Source of the DNA: Candidatus Amesbacteria bacterium GW2011_GWA1_47_20
GTDB taxonomy: Bacteria; Patescibacteriota; Microgenomatia; CAZETR01; Amesbacteraceae
NCBI GenBank assembly: GCA_001002405.1
Contig: LCOA01000001.1
Span: 1 to 38,753 of the forward strand
Reading direction: 5' to 3'
DNA: 38,753 nucleotides
The number at the start of each line of letters is the position of its first letter. Within the stretch, counting starts at the first letter, position 1. A program made the translations under genes and the position numbers. This document shows positions 26,069 to 35,804 of the stretch, one piece after another. Under the pieces are notes generated by a model. The model saw nothing but the letters and a program-made list of their open reading frames with translations, was not told the DNA's origin and made no database searches.

Positions 26069-26758
26069 ATGTATTATTCAGGATCTCGTCGGGGCAATCT
26101 TTATCCTCAAGTTTTCCCCCCTTTGATTGGCCGACTTAAGTACTCAACTAGTTTGCTCGATCCTAATGGTAAGTCTGTCCTGGTGATTGGCGATTCATAT
26201 GGCTGGTACGCCAAATTTGCTTTGGAGTGTGGTGCCAAATTTGTTCATAGTCTTGACATAGCCGCACCTTCCCCTATGCTATCTCGATTATTCAAATCCT
26301 ATTCCCAATATCATCACACAATAGAATCAATTTTAGACTTCAGAAGCACTAAGAAATATGACTTAGCTGTCTTTTTTGAAGTCATAGAACATTTACCTCC
26401 CCAAACAGAAAAATTCGCCTTGCAAGTTATCGCGAAATCGCTGAAATCAAACGGTAAGCTTCTCTTATCAACACCAGTTAAATCACTTCTATCTTATTTT
26501 TCAGATCCGGCGATCTTCCTTGGGCATCGCCATTATTCTCCAAAGCAACTTACTCAACTACTCAACGCCGCTGGTTTTTATCAGATTGACTACACTCGCG
26601 GTGGCTTTGTCTACAGCGCTCTTGATCTACTCTGTCTCTATTTTGTAAAATGGATTTTGCGTCAACCATATCTTTATTTTTCTCCATTTGTAGATAAAGT
26701 TAATTTCGAATATCCCCACCCTCACGGAACTACTCTTTTTGCCATATGTGCAAAGTAA
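26069..26758 (+). CDS. Class I SAM-dependent methyltransferase with atypical motif I
   Basis: VLVIGDSYG, YDL..FEVIEHLP, LKSNG, STP, GHRHYS. Confidence 0.8.
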   Translation: MYYSGSRRGNLYPQVFPPLIGRLKYSTSLLDPNGKSVLVIGDSYGWYAKFALECGAKFVHSLDIAAPSPMLSRLFKSYSQYHHTIESILDFRSTKKYDLAVFFEVIEHLPPQTEKFALQVIAKSLKSNGKLLLSTPVKSLLSYFSDPAIFLGHRHYSPKQLTQLLNAAGFYQIDYTRGGFVYSALDLLCLYFVKWILRQPYLYFSPFVDKVNFEYPHPHGTTLFAICAK

Positions 26759-27828
26759 TAGCTCTTTGCTGGCATTCGGATAACTCTCTCATTAAGTCGG
26801 CAGGCGGGTATACCCGTTTTTGGGAAATTGCCAAAAGAGCAACATCTCCATTAGTGATTATTGATAAATACCCCTCTCTTTACTCGAATCTTAATAACCC
26901 CCATATTACCATTCATACCTATCTCAGCCCGCAGATCTATTCTCGGACAGTATTAAATAAGATACTGGATCGCCTACTCACCCCCTTTTTAATTATAAAG
27001 GTAGTCCTAGGTCTAAAGCTCAACCATCAAATTATTTACGTTCCTTTTAGCGAGTTACCACAGCTGACCATAGCAGCGGTCATTTTAAAATTTCTTATCT
27101 CATCTAAATTAGTTCTCTGTAATCTGAACACGAACATTTATTTTTTGGATCGCCTAGTTAATGTATATCTTCACAAGCTTGCTGACAGAGTCATAACTAT
27201 CAGTCATGAGTTAGCCCGGGCTCTAAAAAGAACCGGAATTTATGCCAGTGGTGTCAACGGCGTAGGTTTTGATCTCTTGCCTTATCGACAGTTTCCTAAA
27301 GCTAAAAAAAGATATGATGCGGTTTTTGTTGGCCGGCACACCCTCGAAAAGGGGATTCTCGATCTTCTAGAAGCTTGGAGTCAACTTTCCCACAGTCCAA
27401 CACTTATTACCGTCGGCGAAATTCCAAATTACCTGGAACCTGAAATCATTCGCAGAGTCAACCAGCTTGGACTTGGAAGGCACGTCATTATTATGGGCAA
27501 GATCAGTGAGCAAGAAAAATTAGGTCTCATGAGCCAAAGTAAAATCTGTGTTTTTCCTTCATATCAAGAAGGATGGGGTATTGTCCCCATGGAGGCTCTC
27601 AGTCTAGGCTTGCCTGTTGTTATCTATAATCTGCCTGTCTACAAAGAGAGCTTGGGGGACTCCCCAGCTCTTAAACTTGTAAATATTGGTAACAAGCCCG
27701 CCCTATCACGACAAATCGCCCACACACTAAAACACTATCGAAAATACTCTCTCCTGGCCGCAAAATGGCGCCCCAGATATAATTGGGAAACTATTGCCCG
27801 AAAAGAATGGGAACTTATATGCAATTAA
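26746..27828 (+). CDS. GT4 glycosyltransferase
   Basis: AGG, FVGRHTLEKG, FPSYQEGWGIVPMEALSLGLPVV. Confidence 0.9.
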   Translation: MCKVIALCWHSDNSLIKSAGGYTRFWEIAKRATSPLVIIDKYPSLYSNLNNPHITIHTYLSPQIYSRTVLNKILDRLLTPFLIIKVVLGLKLNHQIIYVPFSELPQLTIAAVILKFLISSKLVLCNLNTNIYFLDRLVNVYLHKLADRVITISHELARALKRTGIYASGVNGVGFDLLPYRQFPKAKKRYDAVFVGRHTLEKGILDLLEAWSQLSHSPTLITVGEIPNYLEPEIIRRVNQLGLGRHVIIMGKISEQEKLGLMSQSKICVFPSYQEGWGIVPMEALSLGLPVVIYNLPVYKESLGDSPALKLVNIGNKPALSRQIAHTLKHYRKYSLLAAKWRPRYNWETIARKEWELICN

Positions 27829-28760
27829 AAGATATCGTTAAGCCTCGTCTTCGGTTCAGACTCAACACTAATGGTGTACCTAACTTTCTCAATAGGTTTG
27901 ACATAAATCAACAGTACCAAGTAAATATTTGGAATGAAAAAACTTACCAGGTTAATCCAAAAACTCATGTCTTTACTACCATTCAAGAGCACTTCGGTAA
28001 TCGGCTGATTCGCAACCTCAAAATTCCTCATCAGGCGGTGGTTATAGATTTAGGCTGTTTTATAGGCGAAAAACTTTGGCAATTGAAAAATAATCTTAAC
28101 TATCTGGGAGTAGGGGTAGATATTGCCATTTCATCACTTAAGATAGCAAGAAAGATTGATATCTATGGCCACCATTTTTTGGCCGCAGATATGGAGAATC
28201 TTCCTTTCAAAAACAGTTGTGTCGATCTGGTTATGGTTTTTGATGTCATTGAACACCTTAGTCATGCGGAGAAAGGATTTGCCGAAATCGCTCGAGTTCT
28301 CAAGCCGGATGGGAAACTCTTATTACATATTCCCATTAAGGATAATAAGTGGTCTATGTTTTGGTGGAAACAGAAATTATTTCCACAGGCTGCTTTCAAA
28401 GATTACGCCGATGTTGGCCATTCACCAGATCGCATGCTTACTCGCCGCCAGATAAAAATCTACCTGGAAAAATATAATTTAAGAATCGAAAAAGAAATTC
28501 CTTACAATGTCTTCCTTGTCCATTTTTGGGATAGGGAAATTGTTCGTGTCTCTGCTTGGCTTTTTTCATTATTATTCCGCTCAGGGAGGACAAAATCGAA
28601 TGTTACTCGAACTCTGCAAACTGGCTACATTGGTCGAACGCGAGAATTCTATGGTCGATACCTTGTTCCATTACTAGAATTATTTTCTTTTCCCGATTGG
28701 ATCTTTAGCTATATGGGAGTCGGAAACACCTATTTTGTTGTTGCTGCCAAAAGAACATGA
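27819..28760 (+). CDS. Class I SAM-dependent methyltransferase
   Basis: VIDLGCFIG, GVDIA, ADMENLPF, DVIEHL, RVLKPDG. Start moved to the ATG at 27819. Confidence 0.88.
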   Translation: MQLKDIVKPRLRFRLNTNGVPNFLNRFDINQQYQVNIWNEKTYQVNPKTHVFTTIQEHFGNRLIRNLKIPHQAVVIDLGCFIGEKLWQLKNNLNYLGVGVDIAISSLKIARKIDIYGHHFLAADMENLPFKNSCVDLVMVFDVIEHLSHAEKGFAEIARVLKPDGKLLLHIPIKDNKWSMFWWKQKLFPQAAFKDYADVGHSPDRMLTRRQIKIYLEKYNLRIEKEIPYNVFLVHFWDREIVRVSAWLFSLLFRSGRTKSNVTRTLQTGYIGRTREFYGRYLVPLLELFSFPDWIFSYMGVGNTYFVVAAKRT

Positions 28761-29875
28761 AATTGCTGTTTTATTCTCCAGTTGACTTGTGCGCCGGACT
28801 TGGATGTGAACGCTGGCATTGCGACGTTACAAATTCTCTTAAGAATAAATTTGGCCATCAGATAAAAATCATTACTGGAAATCTTGGATACAAACGTTGG
28901 AGTGAAACTTACCTTTTATCTCAACTTCAAAGTATTCCCCATGAGAGGTTAAACTACCCAATAGTTATCTCCTCCTTAATTCCCACCCCCGGGATTTTTT
29001 TTAAGCTGCTTACCGAGTTCAGGCTGGCTGATACAGTCCATTTCATCCATGGATTTATCGGCCAGGACATTCTCATGGCCATCCTCAAAATACTTACACG
29101 AAAAAGAGTTGTTGTTGGACACCATGCTCCAATGTTTCATTTTTCTGCTATCCATAACCTTTACATGAGGTGTGTGTCTCGTTATGTGCTCAAGATATTC
29201 GACGCACATATGGCTCTCAATTGCCAAGACGCCAAGGCGCTGCTAAACTGGGGTATTAAAAATATTCATTTTATTCCCAGCGGCGTTCGGGTTGAAAGAT
29301 TTCTCTCTCTTCCTCGAAAAACTCACTCTCATTTGAATTTCCTATCTGTAGGCCGTTACGACACCCCTCAGAAAGGATTCGACCTATTGTTAGAAGCAAT
29401 TGCCAAGTTTAACCAAAAATATCCTCACAACAAAGCCGTGTTCAGATTTGCCGGAAGTGGTGGAAGCAGAAACCCGATCAATAATTATGCCCAAAAAGCT
29501 GATAATATCATTGATCTTGGTTTTGTAATGTATGAAGATATGCCAAAAATATACTCTTTTTCAGATATCTTTTTGCTTTCTTCTCGCGAAGAGCCTTTTG
29601 GCCTAATACTTGTCGAGGCATGGTCCTCGGGTATACCTGTTTTAGCCACCAAGACTGAAGGTCCCAAGGACATGCTTCTTCCCGGAAAAAATGGATGGTT
29701 TTTTGATGAGATTTCCGTGTCTGGAATACTGACGGGAATAGAAAAAATTTACCGCCTTTGGATAGCCGATAGAAGTAAAATAATCCAACTCGAGAAAAAT
29801 TGCCGTGATACAGGTAAAATATATAGCATAGACATCACCGCTTACAAAATGGATCAAAACCTATTTAACTTATGA
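28757..29875 (+). CDS. GT4 glycosyltransferase
   Basis: IPSGV, SVGRY..QKGFDLL, SSREEPFGLILVEAWSSGIPV. Confidence 0.9.
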   Translation: MKLLFYSPVDLCAGLGCERWHCDVTNSLKNKFGHQIKIITGNLGYKRWSETYLLSQLQSIPHERLNYPIVISSLIPTPGIFFKLLTEFRLADTVHFIHGFIGQDILMAILKILTRKRVVVGHHAPMFHFSAIHNLYMRCVSRYVLKIFDAHMALNCQDAKALLNWGIKNIHFIPSGVRVERFLSLPRKTHSHLNFLSVGRYDTPQKGFDLLLEAIAKFNQKYPHNKAVFRFAGSGGSRNPINNYAQKADNIIDLGFVMYEDMPKIYSFSDIFLLSSREEPFGLILVEAWSSGIPVLATKTEGPKDMLLPGKNGWFFDEISVSGILTGIEKIYRLWIADRSKIIQLEKNCRDTGKIYSIDITAYKMDQNLFNL

Positions 29876-30705
29876 AATATTCGCCAGGCAGCAAAGAAAT
29901 TTATAGCGAAGTTATAGATGGTCTAAGCTATTACCAAACTACTGGTGAGGTATATCATACTCTTCGTTCTAAAGCTAAATTCCACAAGTTTTATCTGCAA
30001 GCAATTACTGGTCGTGCCTTCCCCAAAATTTTAGATATTGGTTGTTTCACCGGAACTGAAATTTTTATGCTTCCTAAACCAGATCCAAAAGCAAAATATC
30101 TAGGTATCGATGTCTCAAGTAAGGCAATTACTATAGCCAAATCCTTGTCACGCAAACGTGGTGAGAAAAACGTCGATTTTCAAATAGTCGATGGAAATAA
30201 ACCCCTTCCGTTTTCCGATAAGTCATTTGATATTATTTACGCATTAGAATTAATTGAACACCTAAAAACCCCCGCCCAATTTTTTGCAGAGGTACGCAGA
30301 GTTCTTAAGGACAATGGCGTGTTCATTGTTTCCACTCCCAATGCAGACACATTCCTCAATAAAATTTCTCGGTGGCTTCCCCCATCCCTGTCTCAAGCCC
30401 TAAATCAAGCCAGGCTACAGGATTTTGCCCGCCATGGCACTAGTTCACCCATTACCCCTATAGTTTGGGATAGAGATGCTCACATTTCGCTGTGGGGGTT
30501 TTCAAAGTGGAGATCAACATTGGTGCAAAGTGGGTTTAAGCTTGACTGTATAGAGGGCTCATCCTTCTACGGCGGCTCGCGATACATTAGTGAGAAACCT
30601 TTTCTCTTGGGGTTAATGATACTTCTCGACTCAGTTATAGATTTATTACCCTTTAAGCCCCATCTACAAATGTGTATGCTCCTCAAGCTAGTCAAAGCAA
30701 AATGA
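29872..30705 (+). CDS. Class I SAM-dependent methyltransferase
   Basis: ILDIGCFTG, GIDVS, LPFSDKSFD, ELIEHL, RVLKDNG, STPN. Confidence 0.9.
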   Translation: MKYSPGSKEIYSEVIDGLSYYQTTGEVYHTLRSKAKFHKFYLQAITGRAFPKILDIGCFTGTEIFMLPKPDPKAKYLGIDVSSKAITIAKSLSRKRGEKNVDFQIVDGNKPLPFSDKSFDIIYALELIEHLKTPAQFFAEVRRVLKDNGVFIVSTPNADTFLNKISRWLPPSLSQALNQARLQDFARHGTSSPITPIVWDRDAHISLWGFSKWRSTLVQSGFKLDCIEGSSFYGGSRYISEKPFLLGLMILLDSVIDLLPFKPHLQMCMLLKLVKAK

Positions 30706-31385
30706 CCACCTCAAATCAAAAAAAGTATTACGAGCACAACTGGAAAAATTTAACCGGATTGCAAATGTCCCCAGAGTTAGCCCATCTTGGCTATTCTTGG
30801 GTCTCCGCTCTCCCCCGTGGTAATTGTCTAGATATTGGATGTGGAGATGGAACAAACGCTCAGAAACTAAATACACTCGGATTCTCAACTGAATGTTGCG
30901 ATATCTCCCTTGCGGCAATTAAAAAGGCTAGAGCCAAAGGACTAAACGCAAGGGTTGTTGACTTAAACAGTCCAAAAATTCCCTTCGCGGCAAACAAATA
31001 TTCCCTTATCTGGTTGTCCGACGTCATCGAGCACGTTTTTTGGCCAGATAATCTGTTACAACTTATCTATCGCCTTCTTCGCCCAGGGGGGTACGTCTTT
31101 ATCACTACTCCTAATGTTTCTTGGTTTATAATTCGTTTACAACTACTATTCGGAAAAACCCTTTACGATATTCATCCTGAACACGTTCGTTGGTTTAACT
31201 ACTCAACTCTTACCCAAACGCTCCTTAAACATGGGTTTGAAATCGTTAATACCTCAGCCTATAATAGGCTTACTCCCTTTCCTTGGTCTCAAAAGATTAA
31301 CCTACTAAAAAAATTGGATGGCACCAGTTCTGTAAATGACTTATTTAGTTACACTCTAGCAGTGTTAGCTCAAAAACCAAGGTGA
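30702..31385 (+). CDS. Class I SAM-dependent methyltransferase
   Basis: CLDIGCGDG, DIS, DVIEHV, LLRPGG, TTPN, EHVRWF. Start moved to 30702 (ATGA overlap). Confidence 0.9.
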   Translation: MTTSNQKKYYEHNWKNLTGLQMSPELAHLGYSWVSALPRGNCLDIGCGDGTNAQKLNTLGFSTECCDISLAAIKKARAKGLNARVVDLNSPKIPFAANKYSLIWLSDVIEHVFWPDNLLQLIYRLLRPGGYVFITTPNVSWFIIRLQLLFGKTLYDIHPEHVRWFNYSTLTQTLLKHGFEIVNTSAYNRLTPFPWSQKINLLKKLDGTSSVNDLFSYTLAVLAQKPR

Positions 31386-32521
31386 TCTATTCTCGACCCC
31401 GCTCACAGAAAATCAGATGGTTTCTTCTCTGGGTCGTTTTACCTATTTCACTATTATCCATAGGCCTAGCCTTATCAGTTGTCCAAACATACAGACAACA
31501 AGTTAGTTTATTAAGTCTCATCCAAAATCACTCATCTAACCTATTGCATGGCGATTTGAACATTCCGCTTTATCAGCATCAGAAAATTGGCGGTGAATTT
31601 ATCGCTTCCGAAAATTATCTAGGTATAGTTTCTGTCAGATTCAAGACGTTTTTGCGTATCAACGATGACTTCCTTCGTTTCCGCATTCGCCAGGCCTCTG
31701 ACAGTGCCTGGTTCTATCAAGCAGCGTATAAGGTAGACCAATTCCAGCCAGACGCCCTTTTCCCCTTCGGTTTCCCAGTTGTAGAGAACTCTCAAGGAAA
31801 AAAGTTTATTTTTGAGATTGAGTCAACTCAAGGCCAGGTTAATAACTCTGTAGCCGTCAGTTCGCAATTTCCCTCATTTGTATCAATCTACAAATTCCCT
31901 AGGCGGGCAGTCTTGGGTGACCTCGATCAAATTGAATTCACCTCATGGAAGCGTACGTTTCCACCGACTTACAACAAAACTAAGTTCTCGTTAATTGAAA
32001 TATACACTTTTCTTACGAAAAAGCTCCCCAATCTTTCTTCCGATACTAGGTTCAACAGCACCCTTCTTAAAAATTCAATTGTCAGTTTTTTCACAAAAAA
32101 AATTGCCAACCTAGCTGCAACTACAGATTTTACTTGGGCAACTATTTTTCATCTTCTCCCGTTTTTTCTCTATATGACCTGGCTATGGACCAGCACAAAG
32201 AATATTCGATGGCCAGTTGTCTTTTCTATTTCTCCAATCGCTCTCATTATCTTGGAGTCATTAACTATAACATCCTACCAAGACCTGATTACCCTCGAGG
32301 TGTCTTTAGTATGGATATTGACCGTCTACTATTATCGATTCTCTTCTTCTGCGTCCTATTTCATCGGTTTTGCGATGCTGATTCTATCCCCAATTTTTCT
32401 TTATTCTAACAACCAATTATTAGCGGAAAAGTATGCCGTTTGGTCATTCATTCTGTTTGCTATAGCCATTTCTCAGAACCTATTAGAATATAGACGTTCA
32501 TTGCTTAGTGCACACGACTAA
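31382..32521 (+). CDS. Membrane protein of unknown function (N-terminal anchor, external beta-rich domain, several C-terminal helices)
   Basis: Hydrophobicity pattern; GEFIASENYLGIVSVRF...FPFGFPVVENS domain; GTGA overlap. Confidence 0.75.
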   Translation: MIYSRPRSQKIRWFLLWVVLPISLLSIGLALSVVQTYRQQVSLLSLIQNHSSNLLHGDLNIPLYQHQKIGGEFIASENYLGIVSVRFKTFLRINDDFLRFRIRQASDSAWFYQAAYKVDQFQPDALFPFGFPVVENSQGKKFIFEIESTQGQVNNSVAVSSQFPSFVSIYKFPRRAVLGDLDQIEFTSWKRTFPPTYNKTKFSLIEIYTFLTKKLPNLSSDTRFNSTLLKNSIVSFFTKKIANLAATTDFTWATIFHLLPFFLYMTWLWTSTKNIRWPVVFSISPIALIILESLTITSYQDLITLEVSLVWILTVYYYRFSSSASYFIGFAMLILSPIFLYSNNQLLAEKYAVWSFILFAIAISQNLLEYRRSLLSAHD

Positions 32522-33202
32522 GTATCTTATTGGCAAGATATCAAAGGGGATACCTCGGATTTTTTTTATCAGCCAACCTTCACACAAATCTTCTTTAAAC
32601 CGTTTTAAATTATATGCTCTTAAGTGCCATTCTTCTGTCATATCATTAGGAATATTAGGAAAGAAATGGCTAAACAAGTAAAACTTAATTAAAATTCTTT
32701 TTAACAAATTGATTAACGGTTCATTTGGAAAAGTTATCACCAATAATCCTTTTGGCTTTAATACTCGGCGTAGCTCTCGTAGCATTTTCTTAGGATCTAT
32801 TACGTGCTCGATTACCTCCGAGCACTCAACTTTGTCGAAAAACGCATCGGGAATGGGTATTTTTTCTAAATCACCATTTATAAAAGAGAAATTTGTTTTC
32901 CGACCAAGAGCTAGTCTGGCTCTACGGATTGCTTCATTAGAAATGTCCATTAGTGTAATCTCGCCGTTATTAAAATATTTCTCGATATACCCTTCGCCGC
33001 ACCCAGCAGCCAATATTTTATCCGAGTCTTTTAAGGGGGAAAGATGATGTAAAATCTGACTGACGCGAACTCTTTCAACAAAACGGATAATCGGATTGGG
33101 ATGACTATAAACACGTTCGTTGTTATACTTTATAAACATATTCTCATTCCAACTCTTAAATTTCTCTTTGCCGATATTGGGATAAATTGGAAATTTTGGC
33201 AT
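32498..33202 (-). CDS. Class I SAM-dependent methyltransferase
   Basis: ILAAGCGEG, MDIS, GDLEKIP, SEVIEHV, RVLKPKG, TFPNE. Confidence 0.88.
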   Translation of the reverse strand: MPKFPIYPNIGKEKFKSWNENMFIKYNNERVYSHPNPIIRFVERVRVSQILHHLSPLKDSDKILAAGCGEGYIEKYFNNGEITLMDISNEAIRRARLALGRKTNFSFINGDLEKIPIPDAFFDKVECSEVIEHVIDPKKMLRELRRVLKPKGLLVITFPNEPLINLLKRILIKFYLFSHFFPNIPNDMTEEWHLRAYNLKRFKEDLCEGWLIKKIRGIPFDILPIRYLVVCTKQ

Positions 33203-33212
33203 AATAGGAACA

Positions 33213-33218
33213 ATTGTA
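33213..33218 (-). promoter_or_regulatory. Candidate -10 box
   Basis: Minus strand TACAAT, 10 nt before the ATG at 33202. Confidence 0.45.
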
Positions 33219-33225
33219 CATCCAT

Positions 33226-34506
33226 ATGCTGTTTTTAGTAATTGCCAGTGCAGTTCAAGTATTTATACTTTCTAATGTCCAATTTACGCCTTGGCCTGAA
33301 ATGCTTCTCTGGCCGTGGTTAATTAACCAGGGTTGGGTGCCTTTCACTGACCTTATTCTTGCCCATACCCCCTTACTTTATTTGTCATTATCTTTATGGT
33401 ATCGCCTAGTAGGTCCAGGACTTATTGCCCTTAAAATATTTACGTGGATTTATATTTTGATTACAGCAACCGCCCTGTGGATAATCACCATCAAGCAATC
33501 TGGAAAGAAATCCGCAGCCATTTCCCTTCTCTTATACTTCATGATGCAGACAATCTATCAAGGGAATGGAGTGTGGTTCGATCTAGCACTAGCCCCCATG
33601 TCTCTTTTAATCTACTACTTTTTAACATCTCAGCGGGTAGGAATGGCAGGTATTTTGTTTAGCGTATCTTTTTTCATCAAACAGACTAGTTTTTGGTTGA
33701 TTTTTCCAATTATTTGGCAACTCTTAACCACGCGATCTGTCCAGCGATTTCTAACCGCAGCCGTAGTTACATCAGTGATAATTCTTTCTATGTTTGCATT
33801 AATTGGGATTCTTGATGATTTTTATCTCTGGACCATTCGCGTTGGGGTTTTTAGCTTATCTCGTTCTCAATGGCAGTCCCAATGGCCAACACTATCCCAA
33901 GCTATAGTGTTTCTTTTCTTGCCTTTTGTTGTCTCCGTTTTTGACTATAAACTTGCCCCATGGATTATTTTCGCCAGTTTGGGAGTATTTCCTCGTTGGG
34001 AACTCTTTCATTTTCAACCTGCCCTTCCGTTCTTGGTTTTGGGATTGGTTCAAATTTCAATTAAAAATCGAAAGTTCTTTTCAGTTCTCCTCGTTCTGAT
34101 AAGTCTCCTATATTTTAGAGTTTTAATCCGCGACTGGGGGAAACCTGACAGATTTTTCGATCCCGATACTCTCCAGGCCGTACAGTTTATCCAAGCTCAG
34201 ACAAAACCTTCTGACAACTTGTATGTTTTTAATTATTGGGACCATATTTATTTTTTATCAAATCGGTTACCAGCCACTCGACCATACGTGCCTAGCTTTC
34301 CGGTTTTCTTAAACATTTCTGGTATTCAGCTAGAAATGGTTAAAGATCTTGAAGCTAACCGCCCCCCATTTGTCGTTTACCACCCGCTTGAGAAATCTGG
34401 CTATGGTTCGTACAATCCCCGGCCTCTCTGGGATTATTTGAACAAAGACTACCAGGTCTATCAAAAAATCTCCGATCAATTATGGATACTCAAAAGAAAC
34501 GAATAA
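33226..34506 (+). CDS. GT-C glycosyltransferase (PMT/ArnT-like membrane protein)
   Basis: FTPWPEM, G.VPFTD...HTPLL, many membrane segments, KQT, FPR..LFHFQPALP, soluble tail YFLSNRLP. Start is ATG 33226 or TTG 33214. Confidence 0.72.
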   Translation: MLFLVIASAVQVFILSNVQFTPWPEMLLWPWLINQGWVPFTDLILAHTPLLYLSLSLWYRLVGPGLIALKIFTWIYILITATALWIITIKQSGKKSAAISLLLYFMMQTIYQGNGVWFDLALAPMSLLIYYFLTSQRVGMAGILFSVSFFIKQTSFWLIFPIIWQLLTTRSVQRFLTAAVVTSVIILSMFALIGILDDFYLWTIRVGVFSLSRSQWQSQWPTLSQAIVFLFLPFVVSVFDYKLAPWIIFASLGVFPRWELFHFQPALPFLVLGLVQISIKNRKFFSVLLVLISLLYFRVLIRDWGKPDRFFDPDTLQAVQFIQAQTKPSDNLYVFNYWDHIYFLSNRLPATRPYVPSFPVFLNISGIQLEMVKDLEANRPPFVVYHPLEKSGYGSYNPRPLWDYLNKDYQVYQKISDQLWILKRNE

Positions 34507-34538
34507 AGTTGTAGAATAAACTAGAAAGCCTCTAAGCT

Positions 34539-35804
34539 ATGAGACGTTTCATTAACCAGGCACTTCAAACTTCTACCTTCCGCCAGTCAGTTGTTACTGT
34601 TTTTTCCACTTTCGCCACCGCTGGCCTGGGCGCTGTTTTTTATTTATTTTTAGCTCGGTTAGTCGGCGCTCATGAATACGGTCTATTTTCTGTGGTTATT
34701 TCATTTCTCACAATAGTTGCTACAATTGCCGACCTTGGGATGAATCAAGGTTTGATCAGGTTCGTAGCTGAAAACAGTCAGAGTAATCAGTATCAACCAT
34801 ACGCCAAAATCGCACTCCTATCCAAATTACTTATTAGTTCAATAATATTGGTAGGATTTGTGTTTTTGGCCCAACCCATTACAGGTTATTTACTGCACCA
34901 GCAGGAAGTTTACCCGCTTTTACCTCTGGCTGGTTTAGGAGCCGTGTTTATTTTACTTTTTAGTTTCTCTACTTCAGTCTTGCAGGGTTTGCAAAAGTTT
35001 GTCCTTTGGGGAGGGTTGCAAGTAGCCGCAAATTTTTTCCGTTTAGTTCTATTTGGAACCCTATTCTTGATATTAAAAATTAACGCCTATTGGGGTTTAA
35101 TCTTATTTGGTTCGGCCCCCTTCTTGGGTTTTGTTGTATCTTGGTTCTGGTTACCTTTGTCCATCTTTCAATCAAAATTTACTCCACGTCAATTTTGTAA
35201 CTTTTGGAATTTCAATAAATGGACGGCCGCTTTTGTCACAACGTCGGTTTTAGCTAGTCGCCTAGATATCCTACTCAGCGCCCGTTTTCTTAGTCTTTCC
35301 GAAACAGGCGTTTATTCTTTAGCCACCACTATGGTAGCTTTCCTACCCCAGCTTTCCGGTGCTATCGGGGCTGTCACCGCTCCCAAATTTGCCTCCTTTT
35401 CCGATTCCTCTCATTCCCAGAAATATTTGGCCAAAGCCGCGCTTTTTTCCTTCGGTACAAGTTTGGCTGTAGCTTTAGCTATGATTCCGGCGGCATTGGT
35501 TGTCGTGTGGTTTATCGGCCGGGATTTCTCGGCTTCCTTTACTCCCTTTCTCATTCTTTTAGCGTCACTGGCAATTTTTACATCTCTCAACCCCGTTCGG
35601 GACAGCATTATGTATTTTTATAAACGTCCTCAATTTTTCTTCTGGGCCAATCTTGCCCAAGCGGCAATAATTGTAGCCGTTGGACTGTTACTTATTCCCC
35701 GTTTCGGGGTCGTCGGTACAGCGTTGGCAGTGTTAATAAGCCACATTTTTTTTGCTGTAGCCAGTTTTATGGAATATGAGAATTGTCGCGCACACCATAG
35801 TTAG
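34539..35804 (+). CDS. wzx: Oligosaccharide flippase (Wzx/MOP superfamily)
   Basis: About 12 hydrophobic helices; LARLVG..EYG, DLG, LQGLQKF, RLDILL, GVYS, LIPRFG..GTA. Confidence 0.88.
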   Translation: MRRFINQALQTSTFRQSVVTVFSTFATAGLGAVFYLFLARLVGAHEYGLFSVVISFLTIVATIADLGMNQGLIRFVAENSQSNQYQPYAKIALLSKLLISSIILVGFVFLAQPITGYLLHQQEVYPLLPLAGLGAVFILLFSFSTSVLQGLQKFVLWGGLQVAANFFRLVLFGTLFLILKINAYWGLILFGSAPFLGFVVSWFWLPLSIFQSKFTPRQFCNFWNFNKWTAAFVTTSVLASRLDILLSARFLSLSETGVYSLATTMVAFLPQLSGAIGAVTAPKFASFSDSSHSQKYLAKAALFSFGTSLAVALAMIPAALVVVWFIGRDFSASFTPFLILLASLAIFTSLNPVRDSIMYFYKRPQFFFWANLAQAAIIVAVGLLLIPRFGVVGTALAVLISHIFFAVASFMEYENCRAHHS

